Shown in pieces: positions 42,651 to 53,488 of a stretch of DNA of 55,598 nt. Both the position numbers and the translations under genes were made by a program. Each line of letters starts with the position of its first letter. The stretch's first letter is position 1. The stretch is taken from the sequence record DRR723986_23521. The stretch is one strand, 5' to 3'. Below the pieces are notes generated by a model, which worked only from the letters and a program-made list of their open reading frames with translations, made no database searches and was not told the DNA's origin.

Positions 42651-43778
42651 ATGAAACTCTTTAAATATTCTTTATTTACTATTCTATTAATGCTCCTGTC
42701 ATGCTCAAAAAGTGATGATTCAAGTAATGTAAGAAGTAATTCTGATATTTTTTATAAAGGCATGGACTTGTCATTTCAAAGTGAATTAGAAGATTATAAC
42801 CTAGACTACAAAGACACCAATGGTAATTCGGTACAACTCCTCGATTTTATAAAGTCTAAAGGCACTAATCTTGTACGCTTAAAACTTTGGCATACATCAC
42901 AAAATGGTGAAAATGGATTAGACGATGTAAAAGCATATGCGCAAAAAATTAAGGCAAAAAACATGGCTTTTTTACTTAACTTTCATTACAGTGATTATTG
43001 GGCAGATCCTGGTATACAAAATCCACCCATCGCATGGCAGACTATGAGTTTAAGCGAAATAAAAATTGCGATATATCAATACACTAAAAATGTTGTACAA
43101 GAATTAAAAGATCAAGGTACACTGCCAGATATCATTCAAATAGGCAATGAAACAGATAGTGGTTTTCTTTGGAATTATGGCAAGCTGTGGAATGAGTTCA
43201 ATGACAACTGGGTAAATTATGCTGGTTTAGTTTCTGAAGGAATTAGGGCAATACGAGAAATTGACACAAATAATGACACACAAATAATGCTTCATATTGC
43301 TGGTATACAAACGGCTACACCATTTTTTAATCAGTTACAACCTTATAATCTAGATTTTGATATTATTGGTTTATCCTACTATCCTCAGTTTCAGACAAAA
43401 GATTTAGAATTAGTAAAAACCACCTTGAATAATATAGCCTTGAATTTTAATAAGCCTATTTTAATGGTTGAAGTTGCCTATCCATTTACACTGCAATGGA
43501 ATGACAATCAAACTAATTATATTGGTAGTATAAATCAAACCATACCAGAATTCGCTCCTACACCGCAAGGTCAAAAAGCTTATTTTGAATGGTTAATCCA
43601 AACCATAAATGAAATACCCAATAATTTAGGACTTGGATTCTGTTATTGGGCGCCAGATTGGGTGGCATTTGAAGGTAATGAAAATACATCTACAAATGGT
43701 ACATCTTGGGAGAATCAATGTTTATTTGATTTTGAGCTAAAAGCACTTCCAGCTATTGACCTCTTTATCAGTAACTAA
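42651..43778 (+). CDS. GH53 endo-1,4-beta-galactanase-like lipoprotein
   Basis: KGMDLS, NFHYSDYWADPG, QIGNE, GLSYYP, VEVAYP, SWENQCLFD; lipobox LLSC; TAAATTTG at 42627-42634. Confidence 0.92.
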   Translation: MKLFKYSLFTILLMLLSCSKSDDSSNVRSNSDIFYKGMDLSFQSELEDYNLDYKDTNGNSVQLLDFIKSKGTNLVRLKLWHTSQNGENGLDDVKAYAQKIKAKNMAFLLNFHYSDYWADPGIQNPPIAWQTMSLSEIKIAIYQYTKNVVQELKDQGTLPDIIQIGNETDSGFLWNYGKLWNEFNDNWVNYAGLVSEGIRAIREIDTNNDTQIMLHIAGIQTATPFFNQLQPYNLDFDIIGLSYYPQFQTKDLELVKTTLNNIALNFNKPILMVEVAYPFTLQWNDNQTNYIGSINQTIPEFAPTPQGQKAYFEWLIQTINEIPNNLGLGFCYWAPDWVAFEGNENTSTNGTSWENQCLFDFELKALPAIDLFISN

Positions 43779-44108
43779 CTGATATAAAGTATATTAAGCA
43801 AAATGTGCATTTCGTCGACAAATAGGTAGTTTTTCTATGTTTTCTGCCGTTAATCGGAACTAGCAATTTTTCAATTTTTTAGTTCTGTCACTTCATCTAA
43901 TTTATTGGCATTAAATCCCAATAATTAGTGTATTTAACCTCATTATGTCATTTTTGGAAGGCTATTAATCAATGTCCCAAACGTTAATGAGGCTTAATTA
44001 TCAAACATTAACCCAGTTGTTACTGTTAAGTGTTCGCTTACTTTTCTCATCCCTCTGTAAAAGTTACACGCACCCATACATCGCAATTCGTATTAACGCT
44101 ACAAAGAG

Positions 44109-46169
44109 ATGAAACAGTTTATAACATTAGCTGCTTTTCTTGTATCGTTGTTTATCTATTCACAAAACGAAAAGATAGACGATCTTACGGTACAGTTAGC
44201 ATACCAACAACAAGACTCTACCAAGGTGGACTTGTCGCTAGTGCTTATAGACGAACTTTACAAAGTAAAAGACTTCAAAAAAGCGCTTTCATATTTAAAC
44301 AATACTACTAAGCTTGCGGAAAGTTTAAACTATACAGAAGGCTTGGCTCAAAGTGCCTATTTTAGAGCATTAATTTTTGCTCAGCGCAATGATTACTTTA
44401 ATGCCATAGACCATTATACAAAATCTCGTAAATTCTATTTAAAATTAAGCGACACATTGGGTGTTGCCAGAGTTAGTAATAGTATTGGATTATTAGAGAT
44501 TAAGCGTGGTAACTATAAAGTGGGTCTTCAAAACTCATTATCTGCTATAGATATCTTTGAAAAACAAGATCTCAAAGAAGAGTTAGGTGCAGCTTATAAT
44601 AATCTCGCAGAAGCTTATTATAAAACCAACCAGATAGATAAGGCGATTGACTTTAATTTTAAGGCTCTAGAAGTAAGAAAATTAATTAATGATAGAGAAG
44701 GAATAATTACATCTACTAAAAATATCGCTGAACTGTATTCTATTAGAAAAGAACATAGAAGAGCTATTGATTATTATGAAAAAGTACTTGATCTATTAAA
44801 CCCTAAGACAGATAAGGATCTAAGAGGTGAAATACTACCAAAATTAGGTAGTGAGTACCTTAGATTTAAAGAGTATGAAAAAGCGGCTGATTATTTAGTT
44901 GAAGGATTAAAATACAATAGAAAAGAAGGTAATGACGAAGGTATTTTAAGAGCATTAAATGCCATCGGAAATCTTAATATTCAAAAATACAATTTAAAGC
45001 TCGCTGAGTTACAATTGAATGAGGCTTATTCTATAGCTCAAAAAACGGATAATAAAACTGAGTTATTAGAAAACTATAAATTACATATTGCCTTAGACTC
45101 TATTAGAGACAATTTTAAAAATGCCTTTTTCTGGCAAAACAAATATTACGACTTAAAACAAGAATTAGCTCAAGTTGATGAGCCTGTGTATCCTACAGAT
45201 ATAGATCCTATAGATTTAAATGAAATTAAAGAACCGATAATACCTATAATTACTGAAACAGAAGAGAAAGGTGTTTTAGGTTTCTTAAAAAAATGGTTAA
45301 ATAACCCTTATGTTTTATACGGAACTATTGCGGCACTAGCACTACTCATAGCGCTTTTAATTATTACTTTACTAAGAATTAGAAAATTAAAAAACACAAT
45401 AGCAGAGCAAAGAGAAAAATTAAATCAAGAACAAGTTCGCAACGAGGCAATACTAGAGCAGACCCATCATTTAGAAGAAGTCAACCAAGTAAAAGACAAG
45501 TTGTTTTCAATTGTTTCTCACGATTTGAAAGATTCAATCTCATCTATAAAAGCATTTTTAGATTTACTTAAAGAAGATAGTATCTCAAAAGAAGAGTTTT
45601 ACAAATTAATCCCAGAACTGAGTGAAAATGCAAATAATGCGTCTTCACTATTATTCAATTTATTGAATTGGTCTAAATCGCAAATGCAAAACTTAGAACC
45701 GAAGCCAGAAATGTTTAATATTCAAGACGTTTTTCAATCTAAGATTGCACTGGTAGAACAAAAAGTAGAAGACAAAAATATTGTTCTTATTGATGAGTCT
45801 CAACGCGACTTTATCTATGCAGACCGCAGTATGATAGAAATTGTAATTCAAAACCTAATTACTAATGCCGTGAAGTTTAGCAGAACTGGTGATGTTATTA
45901 CCATTAGCAATCAAGATTTACATGGTAAAGCACTTATCTGTGTAGAAGATACAGGTGTTGGTATATCTAGAGAAAACCTTGATAAGTTATTTAAGGCGAA
46001 TAAAAACTTTACTACTATTGGTACTAAAAACGAAAAAGGTACTGGTCTAGGATTAACAATCGCTAAAGATTTAGTAGAATTAAATAATGGTAGAATTTGG
46101 GTAGAAAGTACTCAAGGTGTTGGAAGTAAATTCTATATTGAACTTCCTAAAATCGCACCATATTCCTAA
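44109..46169 (+). CDS. TPR-containing sensor histidine kinase
   Basis: Signal peptide, TPR helices, TM segment, SHDLK H-box, NLITNAVKF, DTGVG, GTGLGL. Confidence 0.95.
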   Translation: MKQFITLAAFLVSLFIYSQNEKIDDLTVQLAYQQQDSTKVDLSLVLIDELYKVKDFKKALSYLNNTTKLAESLNYTEGLAQSAYFRALIFAQRNDYFNAIDHYTKSRKFYLKLSDTLGVARVSNSIGLLEIKRGNYKVGLQNSLSAIDIFEKQDLKEELGAAYNNLAEAYYKTNQIDKAIDFNFKALEVRKLINDREGIITSTKNIAELYSIRKEHRRAIDYYEKVLDLLNPKTDKDLRGEILPKLGSEYLRFKEYEKAADYLVEGLKYNRKEGNDEGILRALNAIGNLNIQKYNLKLAELQLNEAYSIAQKTDNKTELLENYKLHIALDSIRDNFKNAFFWQNKYYDLKQELAQVDEPVYPTDIDPIDLNEIKEPIIPIITETEEKGVLGFLKKWLNNPYVLYGTIAALALLIALLIITLLRIRKLKNTIAEQREKLNQEQVRNEAILEQTHHLEEVNQVKDKLFSIVSHDLKDSISSIKAFLDLLKEDSISKEEFYKLIPELSENANNASSLLFNLLNWSKSQMQNLEPKPEMFNIQDVFQSKIALVEQKVEDKNIVLIDESQRDFIYADRSMIEIVIQNLITNAVKFSRTGDVITISNQDLHGKALICVEDTGVGISRENLDKLFKANKNFTTIGTKNEKGTGLGLTIAKDLVELNNGRIWVESTQGVGSKFYIELPKIAPYS

Positions 46170-46207
46170 TTAAAATTATCTATATTTAACTTAATTCATA
46201 TAGATAT

Positions 46208-46834
46208 ATGAAACGATTACTTCCTTTATTTGCCTTGATATTATGCACTTTTAGTTGTAAAAATGAAAAAAGTGTACCTCCTAAAGAAGACGCAGAACTA
46301 AAAGAATTATTCTCATTAATGCAAGGGTCTTTTAATTCAGAAATACAATCGCAAGTAGATTCTTCATATTATAATATTTCATTGCATATGTACCCAATTT
46401 GGGAAGAAAAAGGAAATTTTCTTTATGTAGAACAAGCCTTAAGTAGTATGCAAGACAAACCTTACCGTCAACGTATTTATGAGGTTACTAAAGCATCAGA
46501 CAGCACATTTAGTTCTGCAGTATACACTCTTAAAGCAGATTCAATATGGGTTGGCAAATGGAAAAACCTTAAAGTCTTTGATTCTATTTCAATGGAAGAT
46601 ATTGCCATTAAAGAAGGCTGTGAAGTAATTTTAAAAAGTGTTAATCGCAATCATTTTATAGGCAAAACAGGAGATACTACTTGCGTGAGCACCATGCGAG
46701 GTGCATCGTTTGCTCGTAGCGAAGTAGAAATATTAGAAGACAAGATTATTTCTTGGGATCGCGGATTTGATGCTAACGGCAATTATGTCTGGGGCGCAGA
46801 AAAAAGTGGTTATATTTTTAATAAGCTAGATTAA
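46208..46834 (+). CDS. CpcT/CpeT chromophore lyase-like lipoprotein
   Basis: GSFNS..Q, LYVEQA, PYRQRIY, GC, RGA, SWDRGFD...VWG; lipobox TFSC. Confidence 0.85.
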   Translation: MKRLLPLFALILCTFSCKNEKSVPPKEDAELKELFSLMQGSFNSEIQSQVDSSYYNISLHMYPIWEEKGNFLYVEQALSSMQDKPYRQRIYEVTKASDSTFSSAVYTLKADSIWVGKWKNLKVFDSISMEDIAIKEGCEVILKSVNRNHFIGKTGDTTCVSTMRGASFARSEVEILEDKIISWDRGFDANGNYVWGAEKSGYIFNKLD

Positions 46835-47763
46835 GCTCTTGGTAGAAATACTTCTGCCATCATACAACGAGCACTACCTCCACCACAAGTTTCAATAGTC
46901 CCTAAAGAACTAGATAGTATAGGACAATGCTTTTCAATTTTTTTAATTTGATCTTTGGTTAAGCTATTATGTGCAGCCTCACTCATTATCAGGTAACGTT
47001 GATTATTAGTTCCTTTTAATTGCAACATATTTCCTGCAAATTGATGCATTTGTGCTTCGGTAATGGATATAATTTCTTTACCATCTTGTTTTAAATACTT
47101 AACCACATTTTTACGCTCCTTTTTGTCATCAATGGTATCTAAACATATCACAGCAAAGTTTTCAGCCAAACACATCATAACATTGGTGTGATAAATCGGT
47201 AACCGTTCTCCATCAACTGTCTGATTAGCAGTGAAAATTACTGGTGTATATTCAAAATCCTCACAAAATTCTATGAATAGATCTTCATCCGCTCTTGCGG
47301 AAAGTGCACAATAGGCTTTTCGGTTTACCCTATCCATTAGAATACTTCCTGTACCTTCTAAAAAAACTCCTTCGTGCTCAGCAGAAGTATAGTCTATTAT
47401 ATTTTCAATTTTAAAGCCTTCCGCTTCTAATCTTATAAATACTTCATCTCTACGTTCTCGCCTACGATTTTCGGCAAACATAGGATATTTAGCAACATCA
47501 CCATTACTATGAAAACTCACCCAGTTATTAGGAAAAATTGAATCTGGTGTATCCATTAGTTCATCATCACTTTCAACTATAACATGTATACCAACAGATC
47601 GCAATTTTTCAACAAAGGCATCAAATTCTTGCTGTGCTTTACTATTTATTTCAGCATTTTTTTGGTCTAAGTCCTCTTGAAAATAATTATTCACCGCAGT
47701 CTGTTCATTCATCCTAAAATTAACAGGACGAATCATTAAAATTGTATCTGTTGTTTGTTGCAT
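46831..47763 (-). CDS. Amidinotransferase family / citrulline utilisation hydrolase CtlX-like
   Basis: MIRPVNF, TPDSIFPNNW, LEGTGS, YHTNVMM, GGGSARCM. Confidence 0.9.
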   Translation of the reverse strand: MQQTTDTILMIRPVNFRMNEQTAVNNYFQEDLDQKNAEINSKAQQEFDAFVEKLRSVGIHVIVESDDELMDTPDSIFPNNWVSFHSNGDVAKYPMFAENRRRERRDEVFIRLEAEGFKIENIIDYTSAEHEGVFLEGTGSILMDRVNRKAYCALSARADEDLFIEFCEDFEYTPVIFTANQTVDGERLPIYHTNVMMCLAENFAVICLDTIDDKKERKNVVKYLKQDGKEIISITEAQMHQFAGNMLQLKGTNNQRYLIMSEAAHNSLTKDQIKKIEKHCPILSSSLGTIETCGGGSARCMMAEVFLPRA

Positions 47764-47875
47764 TTTTTAATTTTTGAGCGTGTTGCAAAATTAGTCTTTT
47801 TTCAATTTCAAAAATATCTTGTAACAAGAATTTGTAAGTTAAAATCTGTAAGTTTGATTTTTAAATAATATCTCC

Positions 47876-49624
47876 ATGAAAAAAATTCTTTTAATATTTC
47901 TATTCATATACTCTTGTTCCAATAATTCAAAGTCAAGTTCCATTAATTCCAATTATGATTTCACCACAGTTTTTGAAAAAAGCAAAGGATTGGAAACTGC
48001 TACATATGGAGAAACTATCGAATATTATACTGAATTAGCTAATACTTATAATGAAATCTTAATTAAAGCCATAGGAGAAACAGATTCTGGGAGACCATTA
48101 CATATAGTGACATTAAACATGAATGGTAATGGTGATAATTTTGAAGAACTAAGAGATAAAAACCGAATTATCTTAATTAATAATGGTATTCATCCTGGTG
48201 AATCTGATGGCATAGACGCAACAATGATGCTCTATAGAGATTTAGCTGAAGGTAAAATTAAAGCTCCTAAAAACACGGTTTTAGTAACTATTCCAATTTA
48301 TAATGTTGGCGGAAGTTTAAATAGAAATTCTGGTACACGTACTAACCAAAATGGACCTAAAGAATATGGCTTTAGAGGAAATGCACGCAACTATGATTTA
48401 AATAGAGATTTTATAAAATCTGATACTAAAAATGCCCGAACTTTTGCTAAGATATTCCATCTGGTGCAGCCAGATGTATTTATTGATAATCATGTAAGTA
48501 ATGGAGCCGATTATCAGTATACTTTAACACATTTATTTACACAACATAATAAAATGGGTGGTGTACTAGGTAGTTATATTCATGAAACCATAATGCCACA
48601 GCTAGAGACTAAACTTGCAGATAAGTCGTGGCATATTACACCTTATGTCAATGTGTTTAATAGAACACCAGATAGTGGATTCAGTCAGTTTATGGACTAT
48701 CCTCGTTATTCTACTGGATATACAACGCTTTTTAATACTATTGGTATGATGGTAGAAACTCACATGTTAAAACCATATAAACAACGTGTTGAAGGTACTT
48801 ACGAACTGATGAAAATTTTGCTTGAAATAACTGAAGCTAAAGGTGAAAAAATAACGGAACTCAGAAAATCACAGGCTACTACATGGAGTGCTGGAAATTC
48901 CTATCCTATTGCTTGGACAATTGACACAACACAATCTTCAATTCTGAATTTTAAAGGATATGAAGGCGAGATGATTCCAAGTGAGTTAACTGGTGCCCAA
49001 CGCTTAAAATATGATAGAGCTAAACCATTCACAAAAGATATAAAATATCAAAATTATTTTAAGTCTACCGACTCCATAAATATACCTATTGCCTATATCA
49101 TTCCACAAGGTTGGTACAACATTGTGGACTTACTAAAATTAAATAATGTAGAGTTAAACCAATTTGAAAAAGACACAATACTTACGGTAGAATCATATAA
49201 AATTGATGATTATAAAACTAGGCGAAATGCTTATGAAGGTCACTACGCACATTACAATACCAAAGTAAAAAGTAGAGAAGAAAAGGTTAAGTTTCAAAAA
49301 GGTGATTATTGGGTGAGTACAAATCAGAACTCCATTAGATACTTATTAGAAACTCTAGAACCTGCTGCAACAGATTCTTTTTTTAATTGGAATTTCTTTG
49401 ATACCATTCTTCAACAAAAAGAAGGTTTCTCTCCCTATGTATGGGAAGATAGAGCCCAAATGCTATTACGAGCTAATCCAAGTCTACAGATTGAATACAA
49501 TGTTAAAATCAGTTACGATGAGGACTTTGCAAATAATTGGTATGCGCAGTTAGACTGGTTACATAAAAAGAGTAACAATTACGAAAAAGCTCATTTACAA
49601 TATCCCATATACAGATTAAAATAA
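47876..49624 (+). CDS. M14 family zinc carboxypeptidase lipoprotein
   Basis: GIHPGE (HxxE), DLNRDF, IDNH; lipobox YSC; TAAGTTTG at 47849-47856. Confidence 0.9.
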   Translation: MKKILLIFLFIYSCSNNSKSSSINSNYDFTTVFEKSKGLETATYGETIEYYTELANTYNEILIKAIGETDSGRPLHIVTLNMNGNGDNFEELRDKNRIILINNGIHPGESDGIDATMMLYRDLAEGKIKAPKNTVLVTIPIYNVGGSLNRNSGTRTNQNGPKEYGFRGNARNYDLNRDFIKSDTKNARTFAKIFHLVQPDVFIDNHVSNGADYQYTLTHLFTQHNKMGGVLGSYIHETIMPQLETKLADKSWHITPYVNVFNRTPDSGFSQFMDYPRYSTGYTTLFNTIGMMVETHMLKPYKQRVEGTYELMKILLEITEAKGEKITELRKSQATTWSAGNSYPIAWTIDTTQSSILNFKGYEGEMIPSELTGAQRLKYDRAKPFTKDIKYQNYFKSTDSINIPIAYIIPQGWYNIVDLLKLNNVELNQFEKDTILTVESYKIDDYKTRRNAYEGHYAHYNTKVKSREEKVKFQKGDYWVSTNQNSIRYLLETLEPAATDSFFNWNFFDTILQQKEGFSPYVWEDRAQMLLRANPSLQIEYNVKISYDEDFANNWYAQLDWLHKKSNNYEKAHLQYPIYRLK

Positions 49625-49629
49625 ACTAA

Positions 49630-49655
49630 AAAGCCACCATAATTATGGTGGCTTT
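49630..49655. terminator. Bidirectional terminator (perfect 26-bp palindrome)
   Basis: AAAGCCACCATAATTATGGTGGCTTT between convergent genes. Confidence 0.8.
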
Positions 49656-49679
49656 AAAGCTTCAGTTTTTGTACTTCGG

Positions 49680-51597
49680 TTATTGCAGTACTTGAACTTT
49701 AGTGGTGAAGTTTCTAAATTCTGAGCTTAGTTGAACAATATAGGTCCCATTACTTAGATTACTCATTTCTATCTGATGTCTATCAGTAGATAATGTTGTA
49801 ATAACTCCACGTTTTAATAATCTACCTTGCATATCTACAATGGTGTAGCTTACGATTTCATCTTCCACCAATATTGTATTAATATTTAATGTTGTTTTAA
49901 CTGGATTCGGATAAACGACTGTTTTTGTAAATTCTGCTAACATAGCATCTTCAAAACTTTGATAATCGTCATACTGATTCACCCAATCATTAACTGCATC
50001 TCCTTCTGAATTTCTTCCAAACCCAAAATAGAAGTTAAATATATCACAGAACCATCCTGGTAATACCAAATTTACAGCACCTTGAACATCTAATGAAGCA
50101 CAAATATCTCCTCCGCCTTGTTGAATTAAAGGAAGTACATCAAAAGCTGTTGTCTGACCAAATTGTAGGATACTTAAATCTAAAGTACTTGGATCATAAA
50201 CGAGACTGTGAATTCTGTAGAAACCAACATTATCTATTTCAAATTCTGGTGTTACAGATACATCTAAAATGGTAAAACTAAAGGCGTTGGTTAATACAAA
50301 TAATTGTTGGTAACCATTTGGAATTACAGGTGCTTGTACTTCCTCAGCATAAATTGTAGCTACACCATTATCTAAACATTGAATTGGCTGATACGAATAT
50401 AAAGTTCCAGCGAACGCAATACACTCATCACTTGCTTCTTCAACATTAATTGGTGCTCCTGCCACATCTAATGAGGCACATAACGATCCACCACCTTGTA
50501 CTAATAAACTATTTACATCAAATCCTGTCGTTACATCTGGCACCACAACACTTAAGTCTGTACCTGTTGGGAATACTAACGTATGGATTGTATAGTTCCC
50601 TGCTGACATTACTGTAAATTCTGGTGTTGCTTCTACCTGACGAATCACTAATTCTGCTCCTTCGGTTAATACAAATAATGTACTATAACCATTCGGTACA
50701 TTAGCATCTCCATTTGGTGTCGCTGAGATCATCGCTGAGCCTCCTGATAAAGTTACATTCGTCTCTGTCGCTGTTAAGGTCCCTGCATCTGGATTAGTAA
50801 TCGTGATTGGTGCTCCAGCTACATCTAACGAGACACATAACTCTCCGCCTCCTTGTATCAGTAAACCATTAACATCAAAACCTGTAGTAACTCCTGGTAC
50901 GACTACACTTAAATCTAAATCACTTGGATATACAAAACTGTGGATCGTATATAAGCCTCCACCTACTACGGTAAAGTCTGGTGTACCATTGACTTGCTCG
51001 ATAACTAAACCTTCACCACTAGTTAATACATATAAGGTACTGTAACCCTCCGGTACAAAGGCATCTCCATTAGCCGTAGCACTAATCATAACCTCTCCTG
51101 TACTACATACCTCTGACATCACTGCACTCACAGTGCCTGCATCTGCCAAGCATGGCTCTTGATCTCCTAAAGTAAAGGTGATGGTTTCAGAATCACACTG
51201 AAACCCTTGAGCATTATCTAGAAAATAAACAGTGGCAGTTACTTCAAACGTACCTAAACCAATATCCCAATCTCCATTTCCTGCTGGAAATGTGTAAGGA
51301 ACAATATTTTCTATAATTTCATAAGTTTGGTTAGTATCAAGATTAGTTACCTGATATCTAACACTTTGAACAAATCCATGAATATTTACTTGAACATAAA
51401 AATGTCCAGGCAAATCATCAAAGACGTAAAATTCATCGTCTTGAATTTGTACGGATTCATGACCATTGGTAAACTCAAAATTCTCAATATCACCACAAAT
51501 AGGAGAATTTGACTGACCAAATCCGAACAAAAAAAGACTAAAAAACAAATAGGTTGACTTTCAGATTTGGGGTCTGAGGAAGTAATTTGTTTTTCAT
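49680..51597 (-). CDS. T9SS type A sorting domain protein with three ~120-aa repeats; 5' end disrupted (possible pseudogene)
   Basis: C-terminal VYPNPVKTTLNI...IVDMQGR...LSNGTYIV; ATG 51597 is out of frame with the main ORF (49680-51548). Confidence 0.8.
50071..51150 (-). repeat. Three intragenic tandem repeats, spacing 354 and 375 nt
   Basis: AGT...P.GY..L.VLT...P.F....G.Y.IH..V...DLS......TT.FDV..L..QGGG..C.SLDV.GA, three times. Confidence 0.9.
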
Positions 51598-51723
51598 TGC
51601 TTTTTGTTTAATGTTTATTAGATAAAGTTAAACAAAAAAGAATTTTAAAATATCTTACTAACTAAAAATTAGAATTTTTTTAACACCTAACAAGATTAAC
51701 GCAATGTTTTATGGACTAAATGT

Positions 51724-52305
51724 TCAAACGAGAATTTTAATATTAGCATAGCTATTTTCAAGTGCTTTTTTAGAGTCATTTTCGTCCAACCACTCTACTT
51801 TTGTGATACCTTCACTCTGTTCGGGATATAACTTCCCATTAAATTCAGTTATCATTTCAAACCAATAAGTTACTTTAATTTTATGCTTACCATTTCTTTT
51901 AAAAATATGATAAGTTGTGGGTAGTGCTTTAGTAATTGACAAACCCTTAACCCCTGTTTCTTCCTCTACCTCTCTTACAGCAGATTCCTCAATAGATTCC
52001 TTAGGTTCTTGTTTGCCTTTTGGTAAATCCCATTTATTATTTCTATATATAAACAGAATCTCATTATTAGAATTATAGGCTTTTCCTCCTCCAGCAACAA
52101 CATTAGGTAGTAGCTTTAGAAACAATTTCAATAATTTCTCTTTATTACTATGCACTAAATGGACTCCTTTTAAATTGGTAGTGTTGAGCAACTTTATCAC
52201 TTTGCCAATATTCACAGACTTTAAAAGAAAAGACTTAAAATCCGTTTCTTTTTCAATTTGAGTAGTCAATATTATAGGTTTGTTACCAACAAAAATAGTG
52301 TACAT
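51724..52305 (-). CDS. NUDIX hydrolase
   Basis: WDLPKGKQEPKESIEESAVREVEEETGV Nudix box. Confidence 0.93.
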   Translation of the reverse strand: MYTIFVGNKPIILTTQIEKETDFKSFLLKSVNIGKVIKLLNTTNLKGVHLVHSNKEKLLKLFLKLLPNVVAGGGKAYNSNNEILFIYRNNKWDLPKGKQEPKESIEESAVREVEEETGVKGLSITKALPTTYHIFKRNGKHKIKVTYWFEMITEFNGKLYPEQSEGITKVEWLDENDSKKALENSYANIKILV

Positions 52306-52424
52306 GTAATCGCTTATTATCTATCTTACTGTGTAAAAGTATTATTTTTTATTAGAAATCATTTTATCAAAAAATTATTTTGTTTTAAAATAATTAAGCC
52401 TTTAAAATTGATTAATTTTGCAAC

Positions 52425-53069
52425 ATGATTTTTAATAAAGAAACCGCCAAAAAAACCGCAGAAGTTTTATTACAAATTAATGCTATTAAACTTCAGCCTG
52501 ACCAGCCATTCACATGGGCATCTGGATGGAAATCACCTATTTATTGCGACAATAGAATTGTACTATCCTACCCTTTAATTAGAAACTACATTAGAGAAAC
52601 GATGGCAAAACATATTGAAGATAAATATGGCAAGCCAGATGTTATAGCAGGAGTAGCAACAGGCGCTATAGGAATTGGTGCCTTAGTTGCAGAGTATTTA
52701 AATCTTCCTTTTGTATATGTAAGACCAGAAGCAAAGAAACATGGACGTCAAAACCAAGTGGAAGGTCATATTGAAAAAGGGCAAACAGTAGTTGTTGTAG
52801 AAGATTTAATAAGTACCGGAAAAAGTAGCCTTAATGCCGTTAAAGCCTTAAATGATGCAGAGGTTAATGTAAAGGGTATGGTTTCCATATTCTCTTATGG
52901 GTTTGAAGTAGCTCATAAGAATTTTAAAGCAGCACAGGTAGAATTAAATACCTTAAGCAATTACGAAAATTTATTAGAACAAGCATTAGACACAAACTAT
53001 ATCACTGAAATGCAACAAGACATTTTGACTAAATGGAATGCCAATCCTAGTGAATGGAACGCTATTTGA
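52425..53069 (+). CDS. pyrE: Orotate phosphoribosyltransferase
   Basis: FTWASGWKSPIYCDNR, KKHG, VVVEDLISTGKS. Confidence 0.97.
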   Translation: MIFNKETAKKTAEVLLQINAIKLQPDQPFTWASGWKSPIYCDNRIVLSYPLIRNYIRETMAKHIEDKYGKPDVIAGVATGAIGIGALVAEYLNLPFVYVRPEAKKHGRQNQVEGHIEKGQTVVVVEDLISTGKSSLNAVKALNDAEVNVKGMVSIFSYGFEVAHKNFKAAQVELNTLSNYENLLEQALDTNYITEMQQDILTKWNANPSEWNAI

Positions 53070-53092
53070 TATTCATACCATAAATATTAATT

Positions 53093-53488
53093 ATGAATTT
53101 AGAATCACCTAAAGTAACTATAGATAAATCTCCAGAAGACACTTTTAAATTTTTATCTGACGTAGAGAATTTTGAATGCTTAATGCCTGAAAACATTAGT
53201 AAATTTGAAGTTTTAGAAAATGATAAATTTTTATTTGCCCTTAAAGGTATGCCAGAAATAATTCTTAAAAAGAAAGAAGAGGTGCCTTTTAATAAAATTG
53301 TATTGGGTGCCGCTGGTGGTAAATTAGACTTTTCTTTAACTGCGGATATAATGAGAGTTCAAGAGAATAAAAGCGATGTTCAACTGAGCTTTCAAGGTGA
53401 ATTTAATGCAATGATGGCTATGATGATTAAAGGCCCTATTAGTAAGTTTATAGAAACTTTGGCAACAAATATGACTACTGCCATTTAA
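53093..53488 (+). CDS. SRPBCC/CoxG-like protein
   Basis: 131 aa; FLSDVENFECLMP, NAMMAMMIKGP; follows pyrE. Confidence 0.75.
   Translation: MNLESPKVTIDKSPEDTFKFLSDVENFECLMPENISKFEVLENDKFLFALKGMPEIILKKKEEVPFNKIVLGAAGGKLDFSLTADIMRVQENKSDVQLSFQGEFNAMMAMMIKGPISKFIETLATNMTTAI

Noticed and set aside
44030-44311. 93-aa ORF overlapping the kinase start
   Set aside because: Alternate frame of a clear gene, GTG start, no recognisable features
49630-49655. Perfect 26-bp palindrome as a mobile-element end or operator
   Set aside because: Position between convergent stop codons and A/T flanks fit a bidirectional terminator
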